Positions 42,176-54,633 are shown, numbered from the whole stretch's first letter. The stretch is DNA of 63,872 bases, filler included, from Trichomonas gallinae (GCA_008369845.1; 11 parts of 11 records of this genome joined end to end with filler, not necessarily neighbours in it), one strand, 5' to 3'. Numbers and translations are program-made. The notes: generated by a model not told the origin, from the letters alone.

Positions 42176-42778
42176 ACAACTCCTTTTTCGGAGGCTTTGA
42201 TTGAAGTTTATCTCTAAAATGGAAACATATTCAGCATCAGTATTTTTTCGGATTTTCAAAGAGTAGTGGATATTAAATAATATTTGTTAAATGTGAACGC
42301 ATTATTACGAAGCTATCAACAAAAATTATTACATTTAAACTTCATCGGGTATTACAACATTTTCAGCTAATGTATGTAGCTTTACACTATAAATAATCGA
42401 TATAATATCGAAAAATGATTATCTTTAATTGATATTTTTTCAATATTTTGAGCAAAGCGTTTTGCTTCTTATCTGGCAAATATAGATCCAAAATTTCGAA
42501 TACGAGATTTTAGACTTCATTAAAAGATAAATCGCAGATATGTTTAAGTAAATAAAACTATTTTGAGTTTTTAAACATAGAGAGATGCATTTTCATGAAT
42601 TATTCTCTAAAATTAGGATGAATTTAAAAAAGAAAATGATATTATTCATGAATTAACAAATTTTTTACAAAATCGAATATTTTGTAGGAAAAAATCTGAT
42701 TTCAAACTAATCTGTTTATTTTTTGTCGGAGATTTCGTCAAAATAGAAATATTTATAAAGTTTAAATCCATACATTGA

Positions 42779-43112
42779 TTAAACAGCACCATGAGATTTC
42801 AACATTTCTTAGACTTCATGATGACCTCTACTTGAAGCCTTCATCAAAGCCATTTGGTTTAAATAGGTCTATTGCGTTGACACCTATTCCAGGCACTACG
42901 AGAAGGAGTTTGACAACTTCATGATAGCCTTTTGATGAAGCTAAAATCAAAGCTGTTTCGTGGTATTTGTTTCGACAGTTAATATCAATGCCAGATTCAA
43001 TCAAAAGACGAACCAGCTCTTGCTCGGTAAGTTTTGCTGCTGTAGTGATGTTGTGATAGTTATATTCTGTCACATAAACAAATATCAAAGGTTGTCCGGC
43101 AGAAAAATACAA
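42779..43112 (-). pseudogene. Ankyrin-repeat remnant (same family as 34140..34528)
   Basis: HETALILASSKGYHEVVKLLLVVPGIGVNA, then frameshift to MALMKASSRGHHEV*EMLKSHGAV*. Confidence 0.75.
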
Positions 43113-43163
43113 CTAAAAATTCTGTAAATTAATAATATAGAATGAGCACATAGTGACCATTAA

Positions 43164-43263
43164 NNNNNNNNNNNNNNNNNNNNNNNNNNNNNNNNNNNNN
43201 NNNNNNNTTAATTAATTAANNNNNNNNNNNNNNNNNNNNNNNNNNNNNNNNNNNNNNNNNNNN
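43164..43263. other. Artificial contig spacer
   Basis: 44 N + TTAATTAATTAA + 44 N. Confidence 0.97.
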
Positions 43264-44013
43264 TCGAAAATTACTCGTTCAACCCACGTTTTTTATTGTA
43301 ATTATTGAAATAGTTTATTATGTTAAATCGAAAGATGCGATTATTGGAAGAAAATCCTATAATATATATATATATTTAATATATTTAATTTAATATATAT
43401 ATATTTATAATTATATTACAGTCACAGTATCAAATTCTTATTTAGAAAGTTATTCTAAATTCGATCAACACAGTCAAATTCGAAAGTTATGTCTCTCTAG
43501 AACGAGTGGAATGCAATTATAATTTAGTAGATTCATGCAACACAAAATTTTGTGCAGTTGAATGCATCAGTCTTTTTAAATATCGAACAGAAATTTTGTT
43601 TTCTTAATCATTTTTTAGGGGTCGGAAAAAAAAAGTTATTTCACCCTCATTTTTCATGAGAACATCATCAAATATTGACATTTGCTGGCAACATTTCGTG
43701 ATTGATCTAATATAATGTTCTTCGTGTCTATATTATCATTATATTCAAATATTATTTTTCGAACGAAAAAATCTAAAAATAAAATTTGAATTTAAACAAT
43801 GACATTATATTTTATTTTGAGAAAGGAATCTTTTTGGAAAATTTACACAACATTTTCAAAATTATGGTATGAATTTCTGAATTTTACATATCGACTTGTT
43901 TGGTCCGTTTTCCCCATTTGGAGATGAGTAAAACTCAAATAACTTTGGATATATTAAGGGACATTTTTCGTCACTTTTTTATTTGTTACATTATTTATGT
44001 CATTTTATAAAAA

Positions 44014-45066
44014 ATGAATATATGCTTTATGCAAAGGACCATGCATTTCTCGTGGTCTAAGTTCTATGGTGATGGAGATCCTAAAGTACCAGAAAATCGT
44101 GTCTATAATGGATCTGTTTCTTACTTACATTTTCCAGACAACCATAATTTTTACATATTTGAATGCATATTCTGCTTTATGACTAATAGGACAGTATATT
44201 ACCATAAGACAGATTCTATTTCGAAGCTTCTTGTTGAATTTTCAGAATTTTATAACAATTCTGCAAAAGACTACGGCGTAAACATTTATTATAAAAGCAC
44301 AGGCGATATTATTAACACTCGTATATGCGTTCACAATTGCGAACAATTTAAACCAGAAGAAGAATATTATGTAGAAGGATTGCATGCGTATAGCTTATTG
44401 AGCTCAGAAGAAGTAGATTCATACGATAATTCAGACTACGAGGGAGTCACAGAACATAAAAATTATTTTATTGATATGAGCATTTCTTTAAGTAATTCAA
44501 TGGAAGCATGTGGAGTAGGTTCAATCAGCTGCGCGTACGGAGAACTTCAAATTTCAAAATATAACTGCACATTTATCCATTGCCAAAGATCACCTCTCGC
44601 TTACTGTCTTAGGGCAAAAAATAATACAAATATATCTTTTACTATATGTAAAAACACATCCTGTGATTTTAATTGTTTTGAAAGCAGGGCATTTGATGAA
44701 TTTGCCGTAACACTAAAATATTGCAGATTCGAATCAAATAAATTTAATAGTTATTTTCTTGGGATGTTTTATTCTAAGTCATATATTGAAAAAAGTATAT
44801 TTGTAAATAATACTGCAGATGATGTACATGCTTCTTTCTTATATGGATATGCTAAGATCTCGGAATGTTATATTGATGAAAAGCTTCGAGCACCAGATTG
44901 CAACAATTGCGAAATACTTTCTCCAATTCATGAACTAGCCAATAATCTATATAGATTTCATATAAATGCCTGCTCTCCAGATCCAATTTTACCAACTGTT
45001 ATTCATGACGACGATATTCATATTCTATTAATATTAATCGAGAAAATATTCTTCATAATTCAATGA
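44014..45066 (+). CDS. Trichomonad Cys/Asn-rich beta-helix-like family protein
   Basis: WSKFYG, FYIFECIF, KLLVEFSEFYN, IYY...GDII..RIC motifs shared with the 45558 and 55523 paralogs; hydrophobic C-terminus. Confidence 0.75.
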   Translation: MNICFMQRTMHFSWSKFYGDGDPKVPENRVYNGSVSYLHFPDNHNFYIFECIFCFMTNRTVYYHKTDSISKLLVEFSEFYNNSAKDYGVNIYYKSTGDIINTRICVHNCEQFKPEEEYYVEGLHAYSLLSSEEVDSYDNSDYEGVTEHKNYFIDMSISLSNSMEACGVGSISCAYGELQISKYNCTFIHCQRSPLAYCLRAKNNTNISFTICKNTSCDFNCFESRAFDEFAVTLKYCRFESNKFNSYFLGMFYSKSYIEKSIFVNNTADDVHASFLYGYAKISECYIDEKLRAPDCNNCEILSPIHELANNLYRFHINACSPDPILPTVIHDDDIHILLILIEKIFFIIQ

Positions 45067-45557
45067 TATATTGTTTATAAATCAATTATTGCAAATATTC
45101 TAAAGAAAGAAACAGCCAATGAAAGTTTCGTAGTAAAGTAATATGAGATAATAATTTCAGAATGCTATAAGAAATTTCTTTCTTTTCACCTGAGAAAACG
45201 AAAGATAGAAAACTTTTTCATGCCTTCAGAGGTATATATTAAATTCCAATTGCTATTGATCGGATTCATAAAGTCTAAGAAATGAATGACTCCAAAGATA
45301 ATTATAATTATGAAATTTTGGTAGAAATACTCTTTAAACGCCCAAAAAATTCATAAAAATTGTCGAAATTCATGTAATGGTAATTATCTCAGAGCTAGAC
45401 TAAAAAGAGATTTTTATTCGAAAACTAACCCCATAATATTATAATATTATATTATGCAATGCAATTCTGTTTCATAAAATCAGGATGTCGTTTTGGTAGA
45501 ACCTTAGGAAAATTTTTGATGTCTGTCAAATATCTGTTGTACATTTGAAAAATAAGG

Positions 45558-45797
45558 ATGAATTTTCTGACAGTCATCGTTGATGACTGTTTTCGAATGA
45601 TTGGAGTGAATTTTATGGATCTGCAGACAAATATTCGAAAAGCATTGCAATTGATAAGACACTCACAAGAAACTATTATATATATGAATGCAACTTTTAT
45701 GATGAATCACCGAATGGCTGCATCCGATTCACAGTCAATGATGACTCAATATGCATCCTGATCGAAACGCCTTCATTCATAAACTGTTCATCTGGTT
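45558..45797 (+). pseudogene. 5' part of a beta-helix family paralog, frameshifted near the start and cut by gap
   Basis: ATG frame MNFLTVIVDDCF; the -1 frame reads SNDWSEFYG..NYYIYECNFY..NGCIRF..ILIETPSFINCSSG. Confidence 0.65.
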
Positions 45798-45897
45798 NNN
45801 NNNNNNNNNNNNNNNNNNNNNNNNNNNNNNNNNNNNNNNNNTTAATTAATTAANNNNNNNNNNNNNNNNNNNNNNNNNNNNNNNNNNNNNNNNNNNN
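45798..45897. other. Artificial contig spacer
   Basis: 44 N + TTAATTAATTAA + 44 N. Confidence 0.97.
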
Positions 45898-45972
45898 TGG
45901 TTCGTTGCATCTCACGACACCGGCATTAGTCAGCCTGTCGCAGATCTCCGAGTATGATATCATATCACTCAT
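45898..45972 (-). CDS. Probable 5' end of an unidentified gene, cut by gap
   Basis: Inr-like TCATTC just before ATG; GC-rich open frame MSDMISYSEICDRLTNAGVVRCNEP runs into Ns. Confidence 0.45.
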
Positions 45973-48900
45973 CTTAGTGGAATGATGTTACTTTTTTAAC
46001 AACTCAATTTATTCGATGGGTCTTCTGTCGCTCAAATAATATCATCCCTCAATTTTCTTTCGAATCATAAAATTCTGAGAACAGCTTTGTTATCTCTGGT
46101 CTGTTGTAATGCTCATAAAACAATTGTTAAAAATTTTAAAAGTTATGGTCAACATAAAAACATTAACGATAAAAATTTGATTGATCAATTGGCCTACCAA
46201 TTTAAATATTAATATAATAATCACGTGTACAGTGATAATTTCTGATTTTCCTAATTTTCAATGAGATAAGTTTACATTCAATTTTTCTGTGAGATAAATT
46301 ATCACGGTAACAAGTCGCAATAACTTGTATTAATAATCATTTGCACATATAAATGATGGCTAGCCAACTTGTTTTGGGTTACTTAAATTTACTTTTACAG
46401 TTTGAGAGAATTGTTTGACGGTCCTTTTCAATTTGATACCCCATCATGGTTTTTCGATGCACAAATCTTGGATGAAATCTCGATTTCGTAAATTTTCAAA
46501 ATAAAAAAGAGGTTTTTCTCTTTCAATGCAATATGCAATCAACATTTTGGAATTGCTAAATACAATTAGAGTTCCTTTATTTGTTATATCTATAACTACA
46601 ATATTCAATTCCTATTATTAAGTCTAAATTTGCGAACGATCCAAACAAATAAGGATAGGACATTGTAAACAATCGAAATAGATTTATAAACAATTTATTA
46701 AATTATATCTGACATAAAAATCTTGTTCTCATGGTTAATTTAGATTGAGAATTTGAAATTTAGAAACAATCGCATAATAGCACAACAATTGGCTTCATCA
46801 TAGTACAAATATGATGAAATTATATTCCTCCATATCACTAACCTTCTTTATGCCTTATTCTTTTTAAAAACCGGGCCATTCTCTCAAAATTATGCAATAA
46901 GATTATCAATTACAGATTATTTGACGAGGAACAACTCAATATACTACCTAGTTTTAACAGATATTTATTCGAAAATCTCCTTTTTTGATATTAGCATATG
47001 CTAAATGAATGATCATTCTTGCTACATGTAATATATATTAAAAAATTACACTTGGATTAATTCTTTCATTTTTTTATAATTGATATTTTTATATTATGCT
47101 TCATGCTTATTGAATGTTTCTGCTATCATTCATTTGATTCAAATGTTGATGAACCAAACATATCACATGTGCTTTTTTAAATATGATGATATTTTTTCCG
47201 ATATTTGATTAATAACTGAGAGACTCTGAAATATTTTGAGATTTCGGTTCCAACCATTTCAATAATACAATGCGAAGTGAAATATAGTTGTTACAAAGAC
47301 AGGTTTCATTTTCTTTGATTTTCTGGAATTTGATTTTAACCGAATAATTGACAGGCATTAAAAATCATGATGAATAGTTTATGGGGATAAATGGAACATG
47401 AAAATTTCCGATCAATTTTAAAGTTTTCACCAAAAATTAATCTCTTTTCATTTTTTATTTGACGCAATCGCAAAGATAGAGGACCCATAAAATAGGATTA
47501 ACCGAGTTTTGTCATAATTTTATTAGATTCGCATCTCAAAAATCCAATAATATCAAACAGAGGTTTTATCTAACGATAAATTATCAAATTATTGTTAAAT
47601 CAACTTACTATTAAGTTATGACTCATTCATATCGGTTATTTTTTGAATATAAAATATTTATTAATGACAAGTAGATCAAATTCAATGATGTATCATACAT
47701 ACTGGTAGCAATATAACTATTTCAGCAATGATACAACAGAAACTTCCATTGGTTTATATTGTTTCTCTATATTTATCGGTAAATAGTTCATCAGTTGGAA
47801 TGTACATGGCATCTATCATACATATAATTGAATATTATATACAAATCACTAATAACAAAATTCAATTTACAAGTTTAACTCGTAAAGTTGATTGGTTAGT
47901 AGATTTTGATGGCTTCCATGAACTCGATTTCTTTGACTTTGTAGTTCTAGTATTTTCATGTTTTATCAACTTTCAAATTTATATTGTTGTAAGTTTCATC
48001 GTTTGTTGACTATAAACATCTATTGATTACATATATTAAATGAACATGACTAATAAAATAGACATGTCTTTCAAAAAAATGTTCGAAATCAAATATCTGT
48101 AGAAATATGAATTAATAAGTAAATATATTCAATATGAATTGACTATAGCTGAATCAGTCAATGCTTGTAATTGTATTTTTGCTTGTAAAGTCAATGTTCC
48201 AATAACAATGTTAATTATTGTTTTTTGATAAGTAATTGAGTGTTCTATCAAGCTGAACAAGTACAACATTGAGTTGAGCAAAAACTTCAAGTAGTTTAAT
48301 CTATGTAAAATCTTTCAAAAGAATGTTTTTCTCGTCAAAGATTTTATGATTATTTCAGTTCATTGATTTTACACTTGATTTGTTATGTGCATAGCATATA
48401 TGTTTAGAAAACATCCAAAAATCCAAATAATATAGTAAATTTCTCCGATTCTCTGAATTTTTCATATTGCATTCTTTACTCAAACTCTACTTATCACATA
48501 TATGGTAATATTCAAATCAATTTCGTTCAAATACGAGTATTGCTCGATTTCAGTCAAATACACCGCATAATGGTCATTATCAGAAAAATCTAGCTTAGGC
48601 ATTCGATGTAGAAGACATTTTTCGAGAGGATGAGTCTTTGAAGAAACTCATCAAACGATTGAAAAAAGAGAAATTATGACGGAAATACGCGTAAAAAAGC
48701 AAATCTGCTACACTCTGCCTAACTTATACAAATCATCTAAAATAAAGAGTCACTCTCAATTGGGTAAATTTTGCGAAGAAAAATCATTATCGAATTTGAG
48801 TGACATCAATTTAAATTTAGGTTATTTAATGGATACGTTGACTCATTCGACTAAAACAAATAAATTATTCAAAAATTATCGTTTATACGATTATTGATCC

Positions 48901-49253
48901 AAATAATAATTCAAAGAATCTTCCACGCCCGTAAATATATTAAAGCATGAATAATTTTGTATTATATCATGTTTATATCATATGTTCCAATTTTTTGTGA
49001 TATACGATTAATATTGATTCAAAAAATAAAAAATTGATAAATCTTATGCGCCCGTAATATATCATGAAAATCGATAATTTGTTTGAGTATATGTATATAG
49101 CAAATAATCCAATTGCTTTTTTTGTCTCAAATTTTGAGAATCCGCTCTCAATATGATGATAGTATTTAAAGGATGAATTAACAGTAATAACAAGCGCAAC
49201 CAAATTTCCATGTATCCAAAATTTATGTCAAAATGTTCATTATTTTTTTGAGA

Positions 49254-49493
49254 ATGAGTGGTAAGAGAATCCAAGACTTCTTTATCTCTCTGCAGAAGAA
49301 GCTGGAGATGGATTGCGATGACATAGACCTCCCCGAAGAAAACTTAAAAAAGGAAACGGAAAAACCAATACTGCGCCACGAGCAAAATATTCAAAATCGA
49401 AAACAAATCCTAGCAAACCCATTCTTACATGATTTCTTCCAAAGGTTAAGGACAAACCACAAGTCTAAGAAGCACTGGTTCAACAAGAAATAA
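49254..49493 (+). CDS. Small (79 aa) hypothetical protein
   Basis: GC-richer island in AT-rich DNA; TCATTATTTT Inr-like element before ATG 49254; ends KKHWFNKK. Confidence 0.5.
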   Translation: MSGKRIQDFFISLQKKLEMDCDDIDLPEENLKKETEKPILRHEQNIQNRKQILANPFLHDFFQRLRTNHKSKKHWFNKK

Positions 49494-50235
49494 TATCCTT
49501 ACTCGAAAATATACGTTTTATTCGGGAATTACCTTAAGATTATGTAATTTTGGTTGTTTTGTTTGTAAATATTTCTTTTTATGATCGTTAGCCTTTTTTC
49601 TCACTTGTGGAAAAAAATTCATTTTTTCAAAAAATTTAAGATTTTTGAGTGGGAACATGAAAAAGCAATCAGCTCTTAAATTTCTAAAAATTTCTATAAA
49701 TCTATCAATCTTTGCTGTCGAACTTTTTTATTTTGCTGAAAAGTTTCAATGTATATGGTGAATTCATATTGTGAAATAAGATATATTGTAGTGATAGGAC
49801 TTAGATAGCATTATCTGCAAGAGATTTAGTTGTAAATATGATATAAAAGGATTTTGCTAAATGAGCAATCTTCCGAAGAAATAAGGTTAAGTTATGTTGA
49901 TTTTTTAGCATTTGGATAAATCATGTTTAATTTATTCAAAAATCTACGCATAGACTAGCATATTATAATTTGTAAGGATGTCACTTTGGAAGAACCTTAG
50001 GAAAATTCAAAAAACGCCTAAAAACCAATCTTCCAAGCGGCGATTATTTTTGTAAAAATTTTGTAAAATACGAAAAAACCATGATTTTCCCATTAAAATC
50101 ACTGGTTTATTTAGTCCATTACACCTTAATAATGCCTCTGATGCTATATATCATATTTGCATGAAATGCTAAATTTTCGAACAGAGTTACTTTTTTCCTG
50201 TTCAATTTTTGGAAGATTTTTTGAGTGGTGGAAGA

Positions 50236-50335
50236 NNNNNNNNNNNNNNNNNNNNNNNNNNNNNNNNNNNNNNNNNNNNTTAATTAATTAANNNNNNNNN
50301 NNNNNNNNNNNNNNNNNNNNNNNNNNNNNNNNNNN
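50236..50335. other. Artificial contig spacer
   Basis: 44 N + TTAATTAATTAA + 44 N. Confidence 0.97.
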
Positions 50336-51778
50336 GAAGGTGATTCAGCTTTTTCTTTTGGCTGGAAAGATCGTGAAATTTATCCAAACCAAACATTGAA
50401 ATTTGGAGTTTTATTTGGAATTGATGAGTATCTCAAGAATCCTCCTGTCATCACTGCAAATGTATCTACAATGAATTATTCACCAAATCAGAAAGTCAAA
50501 ATCCCCGTAAATATCAAAGATTTCGATAAAAATGATAATGTCACGCTCTATTATAATTACACAATATCTAATGTTACAACTAAACATACATTTGGTGTTT
50601 TCAACACTGCAAATGGCCTTAATACAGACGTTGAAATCAATGTTACACTTGGCTCCGAAGTTGGTGAGTATCCATTAAAAATATGGGCAGAAGATGGCTA
50701 TGGATTCATTTCAAATGTGTTTTCTGCCAATCTTTTAGTGAATGAAGCACCAGTGTTGAGAATAACTAATCAAATTAAATCGAAATATTATAAAAATGGA
50801 GCAATTGAAGTTCAAGGCACGATTTGGGATGAGACATATGCATATATCTATTATCAAATTGACAATTCATTCAAGTTTTCTCCTAAAGAAGCTGTTTACT
50901 GCAACAATCGCCAAGTTCCATTCCGACAAGTCCTCGCAATTCAAGATAAAAGCATCAACTTCGGACCTCATTCACTTAAAATTTGGGCTGTTGATCAATA
51001 TGGCTCTGTTTCAAAAGTGTATTCATTCCCATTTGAATATGTTAACCAGAATATACCAGAAATCAGAATCAATAACAGCGAAATCAAAACATTTTATGAG
51101 AACGATTATATAATGGTTGTTGGAGAAGTTCGCGATCGTGATTCAAATGGTTTACTTTCAATTCGTTACTTGCCAGCAAATGCAGAAGCATCAGAAGAGT
51201 TCCAATTTGTCAAAGATGTTCTTGCAACCTTCGATTGGTCAAACTTTTCATTCATTTATCAAGTCCCTAAGATGACTCCAGGTCTTAAACACTTAATCTT
51301 CAAAGTTATCGATAATACAGATGCAAATTCATTCTATGCTTACTACTATTTCAATTATGCAGTCAACGAAACAGCTAATGAAACAACAAATGCAACTGCT
51401 GCTGAGATTACTACTACAATAACACAAATAAATCCACCATTTATTGACAGATCCGATATCCAAGGAGATGGACAAGAGAGTGAAGGTGCCCAAAAAGTTG
51501 GTCAACAGAATAAGGAAGATCAAAATTGGGCATTGATTGTAATTACCGCAAGTGTTGGTGTTGTTGCACTAGCAATTGCAATTGCAGTTATCATCATTTA
51601 CAGAGAAGCAAGGAAAGAACCTGCAATATTCAATGAAGAAAACGCCGAATTTCCTGACGAAAATCCAAATGAAGGTAACATTGAAAATGATAACCCTATA
51701 TACGGCCAAGCACCAGATGACCCATTCGAAAATGACTTCGAGATGTCAGAATCATCTGGCTTCGTTTCCGATGCATAA
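50336..51778 (+). CDS. Bap-like/Ig-repeat type I surface protein, 5' truncated by gap
   Basis: Frame open from the gap (DSAFSFGWKDR); three Ig/cadherin-like repeats (KIWAEDGYG, KIWAVDQYG, FKVIDN); Thr-rich stalk, TM, acidic tail with DNPIY and DDPF. Confidence 0.85.
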   Translation, partial: EGDSAFSFGWKDREIYPNQTLKFGVLFGIDEYLKNPPVITANVSTMNYSPNQKVKIPVNIKDFDKNDNVTLYYNYTISNVTTKHTFGVFNTANGLNTDVEINVTLGSEVGEYPLKIWAEDGYGFISNVFSANLLVNEAPVLRITNQIKSKYYKNGAIEVQGTIWDETYAYIYYQIDNSFKFSPKEAVYCNNRQVPFRQVLAIQDKSINFGPHSLKIWAVDQYGSVSKVYSFPFEYVNQNIPEIRINNSEIKTFYENDYIMVVGEVRDRDSNGLLSIRYLPANAEASEEFQFVKDVLATFDWSNFSFIYQVPKMTPGLKHLIFKVIDNTDANSFYAYYYFNYAVNETANETTNATAAEITTTITQINPPFIDRSDIQGDGQESEGAQKVGQQNKEDQNWALIVITASVGVVALAIAIAVIIIYREARKEPAIFNEENAEFPDENPNEGNIENDNPIYGQAPDDPFENDFEMSESSGFVSDA

Positions 51779-51868
51779 TCATTACCTTTCATTCATACAA
51801 TCTAAATAATTTCACCCCATTCATTGTTATTTTTTTTATTTGTCTGTATCTGATTCCTTCAAGCTGCT

Positions 51869-52203
51869 TCAGAAGTCACAAATCTTCTTGGCGATTCCGA
51901 TTCTGCCGATGAAGTTGTCGATCTCCTTCAGTGCACGTTGGGCACATTCATCATCAGAGGCTTCCGCGTTGAAAACAATTCTTGGGAGCATTTCTCTGTA
52001 AAGGTATGGCATGATGATTGAAAGTGTAACAACATGGTCAATTCCAAAGACATCTAAAGTTGATGCCATACCGAAAAAGCACACATCATCAATTTTTCAA
52101 GTGATTCTACCATCTGTTCTTTTGTAGGAAATACAGAATTCCTCTATTTAAAAGCGCCATTGCCTAAAGAGATTTGTGCAATGTTTCTAGAATTGAACAT
52201 CAT
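51869..52203 (-). pseudogene. Internally deleted iron-containing alcohol dehydrogenase (YqhD/BdhA-like)
   Basis: N-terminal MMFNSRNIAQISLGNGA then stop; C-terminal FGIDHVVTLSIIMPYL..SDDECAQRALKEIDNFIGRIGIAKKICDF resembles YqhD GLDHAQTLAIVLP..SDDERIDAAI..FFEQLGVP. Confidence 0.7.
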
Positions 52204-52557
52204 TGTGTCAGTTTTTTTTTTTCAATTAGGAAATTGCAATGCATACCAATTATATGAAATTTGAAAATAACTCAATCAGTATATATTATATATTTATTAT
52301 CATCAAACAAGATTTTATAACCAATCAAAATTTAAAAATTATTTCATTTGTGCAAATTGAACCATTATAATATTAAAATCAAATTTAAGGGTCCGCTCCA
52401 GCCAAAAGTGAGCATTAGGGTCGATTAATTAAAAAATTAAGCGACAGCATTATTTTTTAGATGATACTAGCACCACATACAAAGTGGTGCATATTGTTAG
52501 CGCATTAGATCTCTTCAAAAAGTGAGTTTACTTTTCTGGGCAAAACGATAATTTTCA

Positions 52558-52657
52558 NNNNNNNNNNNNNNNNNNNNNNNNNNNNNNNNNNNNNNNNNNN
52601 NTTAATTAATTAANNNNNNNNNNNNNNNNNNNNNNNNNNNNNNNNNNNNNNNNNNNN
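52558..52657. other. Artificial contig spacer
   Basis: 44 N + TTAATTAATTAA + 44 N. Confidence 0.97.
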
Positions 52658-52659
52658 AT

Positions 52660-52791
52660 TCTGATGAACTAAGCCACAGTAATCAGAATCAAACCCGCTC
52701 ATTAACTAACGAACGAGAATTTGAAGTTCCACAAGAACTATTGGAAAATGTACAAGATGAAGATGATATGTTCATGAACAATGACTTTTAA
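52660..52791 (+). CDS. 3' fragment of a gene with an acidic C-terminal tail, cut by gap
   Basis: SDELSHSNQNQTRSLTNEREFEVPQELLENVQDEDDMFMNNDF-stop followed by T-rich 3' UTR. Confidence 0.5.
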   Translation, partial: SDELSHSNQNQTRSLTNEREFEVPQELLENVQDEDDMFMNNDF

Positions 52792-53037
52792 GTTAATATT
52801 TTTTATAGTTTATTTGTTTTCAGTAAAATTATTATTAAATCAACTTGTATTTAAGGAATAGAATCATTGCTCCAAAAATAAATACTTTCTTGCTATTTGA
52901 ATTAAATTCCAAATAAAAAATTAAAAAATTATGCTTTTTGTTATTAAATCACTAATTTAATGATAAAATGTGAATATTATAATTTTCATGTTTTAAATGA
53001 GATAATAATTTCATATGTTTAGTCCTAAAAAACAGAT

Positions 53038-54108
53038 TTATAAGCCATCATAGTGAACACGAACACTTCCTTGAGAATTCTCATCTTGAGCGTAAGGATT
53101 ATCCACTGGCTGGTTATTATATTGATGATGGTAAGTTACAGCTGGCTCTAGCTTCTTGTCAGAGTAATCAGATTTGTCTTCAGATTGGTCGTTGTTTTCT
53201 TTATCTGACATTTGTTCAACTCTTGAATTCATCCTTGATAGATTTCTGGCACAACCACAATAGCACCTGCAACAAATACAGCAGAGAATTATGCCAACAA
53301 TGATGAAGATGACAACTGCTGCAGCAACACAGATGACTGCGATCTCCCACTTTGCGAGTTTAATTTCATCGTCAAAATTTCTTTGTATCAGTGGATTATC
53401 GAAACCGCCAAATCCGTTTCCTCCCCTTCTTGTGTATTCTATGTATGAATCATCATCAGAATCAATATCTAAAATAAATGTTGAGCCTGTTGAGTTGGCA
53501 GTAAATGAAATTGCGAAGAAGTTCTTTTGGAAAGTTGTCTCCGAGAATTTTGTTGCATCTTTTTCATAAGTGTTGACAACGAAATCTCCTGTGTATGAGA
53601 GTGAAACATTCGAAATAGATGAGGATGCAATGGCAGTAAACAAGCAGGCTTTGTATCCATTCTGCATTAAATAGATTTCGCTCTGTGAGTTTCTGGAATT
53701 CAAATCGTTAGAAATGAACTTGAAAGATGTTGGAACAGTTGTATAAAGATAAGCAGTGCACTCATATTTGTAGGAGCCATAGTTGAATACTGCAACCTTC
53801 AATGATGTGACCGCAGAATTTGTGGATTTTACGAGAAAATCACCACTTTCTGCGTACTTTACACCATAATTTTGAAAATATGAGGAAGAACCATTGATTC
53901 TTACGACAGCTTCGATGTAATCTGATTCATTGCTTAATGGCTCTATTATAATTAAGGAATTTTCTCCTAATGTGTAACATTTCACTGAAGTTGAAATATC
54001 GAGACTCGTTGTATCAGAATTGATCTGTGTGCAGTTAGTAACATTCCACTCGTCAGATGTAGCAAACCTTTTGACTGAGTAGGCTCCAACAAACAGGAAT
54101 GGAAGCAT
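53038..54108 (-). CDS. Type I membrane protein with Cys-rich juxtamembrane segment
   Basis: Signal peptide, Ser/Thr-rich beta ectodomain, TM followed by CCICCRCYCGC, tail with NPY. Confidence 0.8.
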   Translation of the reverse strand: MLPFLFVGAYSVKRFATSDEWNVTNCTQINSDTTSLDISTSVKCYTLGENSLIIIEPLSNESDYIEAVVRINGSSSYFQNYGVKYAESGDFLVKSTNSAVTSLKVAVFNYGSYKYECTAYLYTTVPTSFKFISNDLNSRNSQSEIYLMQNGYKACLFTAIASSSISNVSLSYTGDFVVNTYEKDATKFSETTFQKNFFAISFTANSTGSTFILDIDSDDDSYIEYTRRGGNGFGGFDNPLIQRNFDDEIKLAKWEIAVICVAAAVVIFIIVGIILCCICCRCYCGCARNLSRMNSRVEQMSDKENNDQSEDKSDYSDKKLEPAVTYHHQYNNQPVDNPYAQDENSQGSVRVHYDGL

Positions 54109-54422
54109 TATAAATATGATTTTTTATACACCGCGATTTTTTCATAGGTTTTTGATTCGTTTCAAATTTTCCTAAAATTATCGAATTCGGTGAACTTTAA
54201 CACGACTTGAAAAGGGTTTATTTAGAGATTTTTAGGTAATTCTTGTTTTTTCTTTCAAAATTAAACGCTCTCAAAAAATCGATTAGTTGAGGTTTTAAGT
54301 TTTTGCTGAAATTCTGTTTATCTAATGTCAAAGAATATAAATACAAGGTTTTGATATTTTTTGACGACGATTAAAAATTTCACCGGCCAAAAATTATTTA
54401 CATGGCAGATTTTTTTTTTTTT

Positions 54423-54522
54423 NNNNNNNNNNNNNNNNNNNNNNNNNNNNNNNNNNNNNNNNNNNNTTAATTAATTAANNNNNNNNNNNNNNNNNNNNNN
54501 NNNNNNNNNNNNNNNNNNNNNN
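54423..54522. other. Artificial contig spacer
   Basis: 44 N + TTAATTAATTAA + 44 N. Confidence 0.97.
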
Positions 54523-54633
54523 ACAAATATGATAATATCTTTATTCGATCAATATATGAACTATTATGTATCTCATCATGAAAACGAAAGTAAAATGATT
54601 ATGATCATTTGTACAAATGCATGGATAAGATAT
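54523..54633 (-). repeat. Inverted repeat, left arm (inverted copy of 56387..56500)
   Basis: Reverse complement of 56387..56500 apart from a 3-nt deletion. Confidence 0.93.

Noticed and set aside
47560..48400. Possible decayed minus-strand gene
   Set aside because: Coding-like texture only; no continuous frame or identifiable motif
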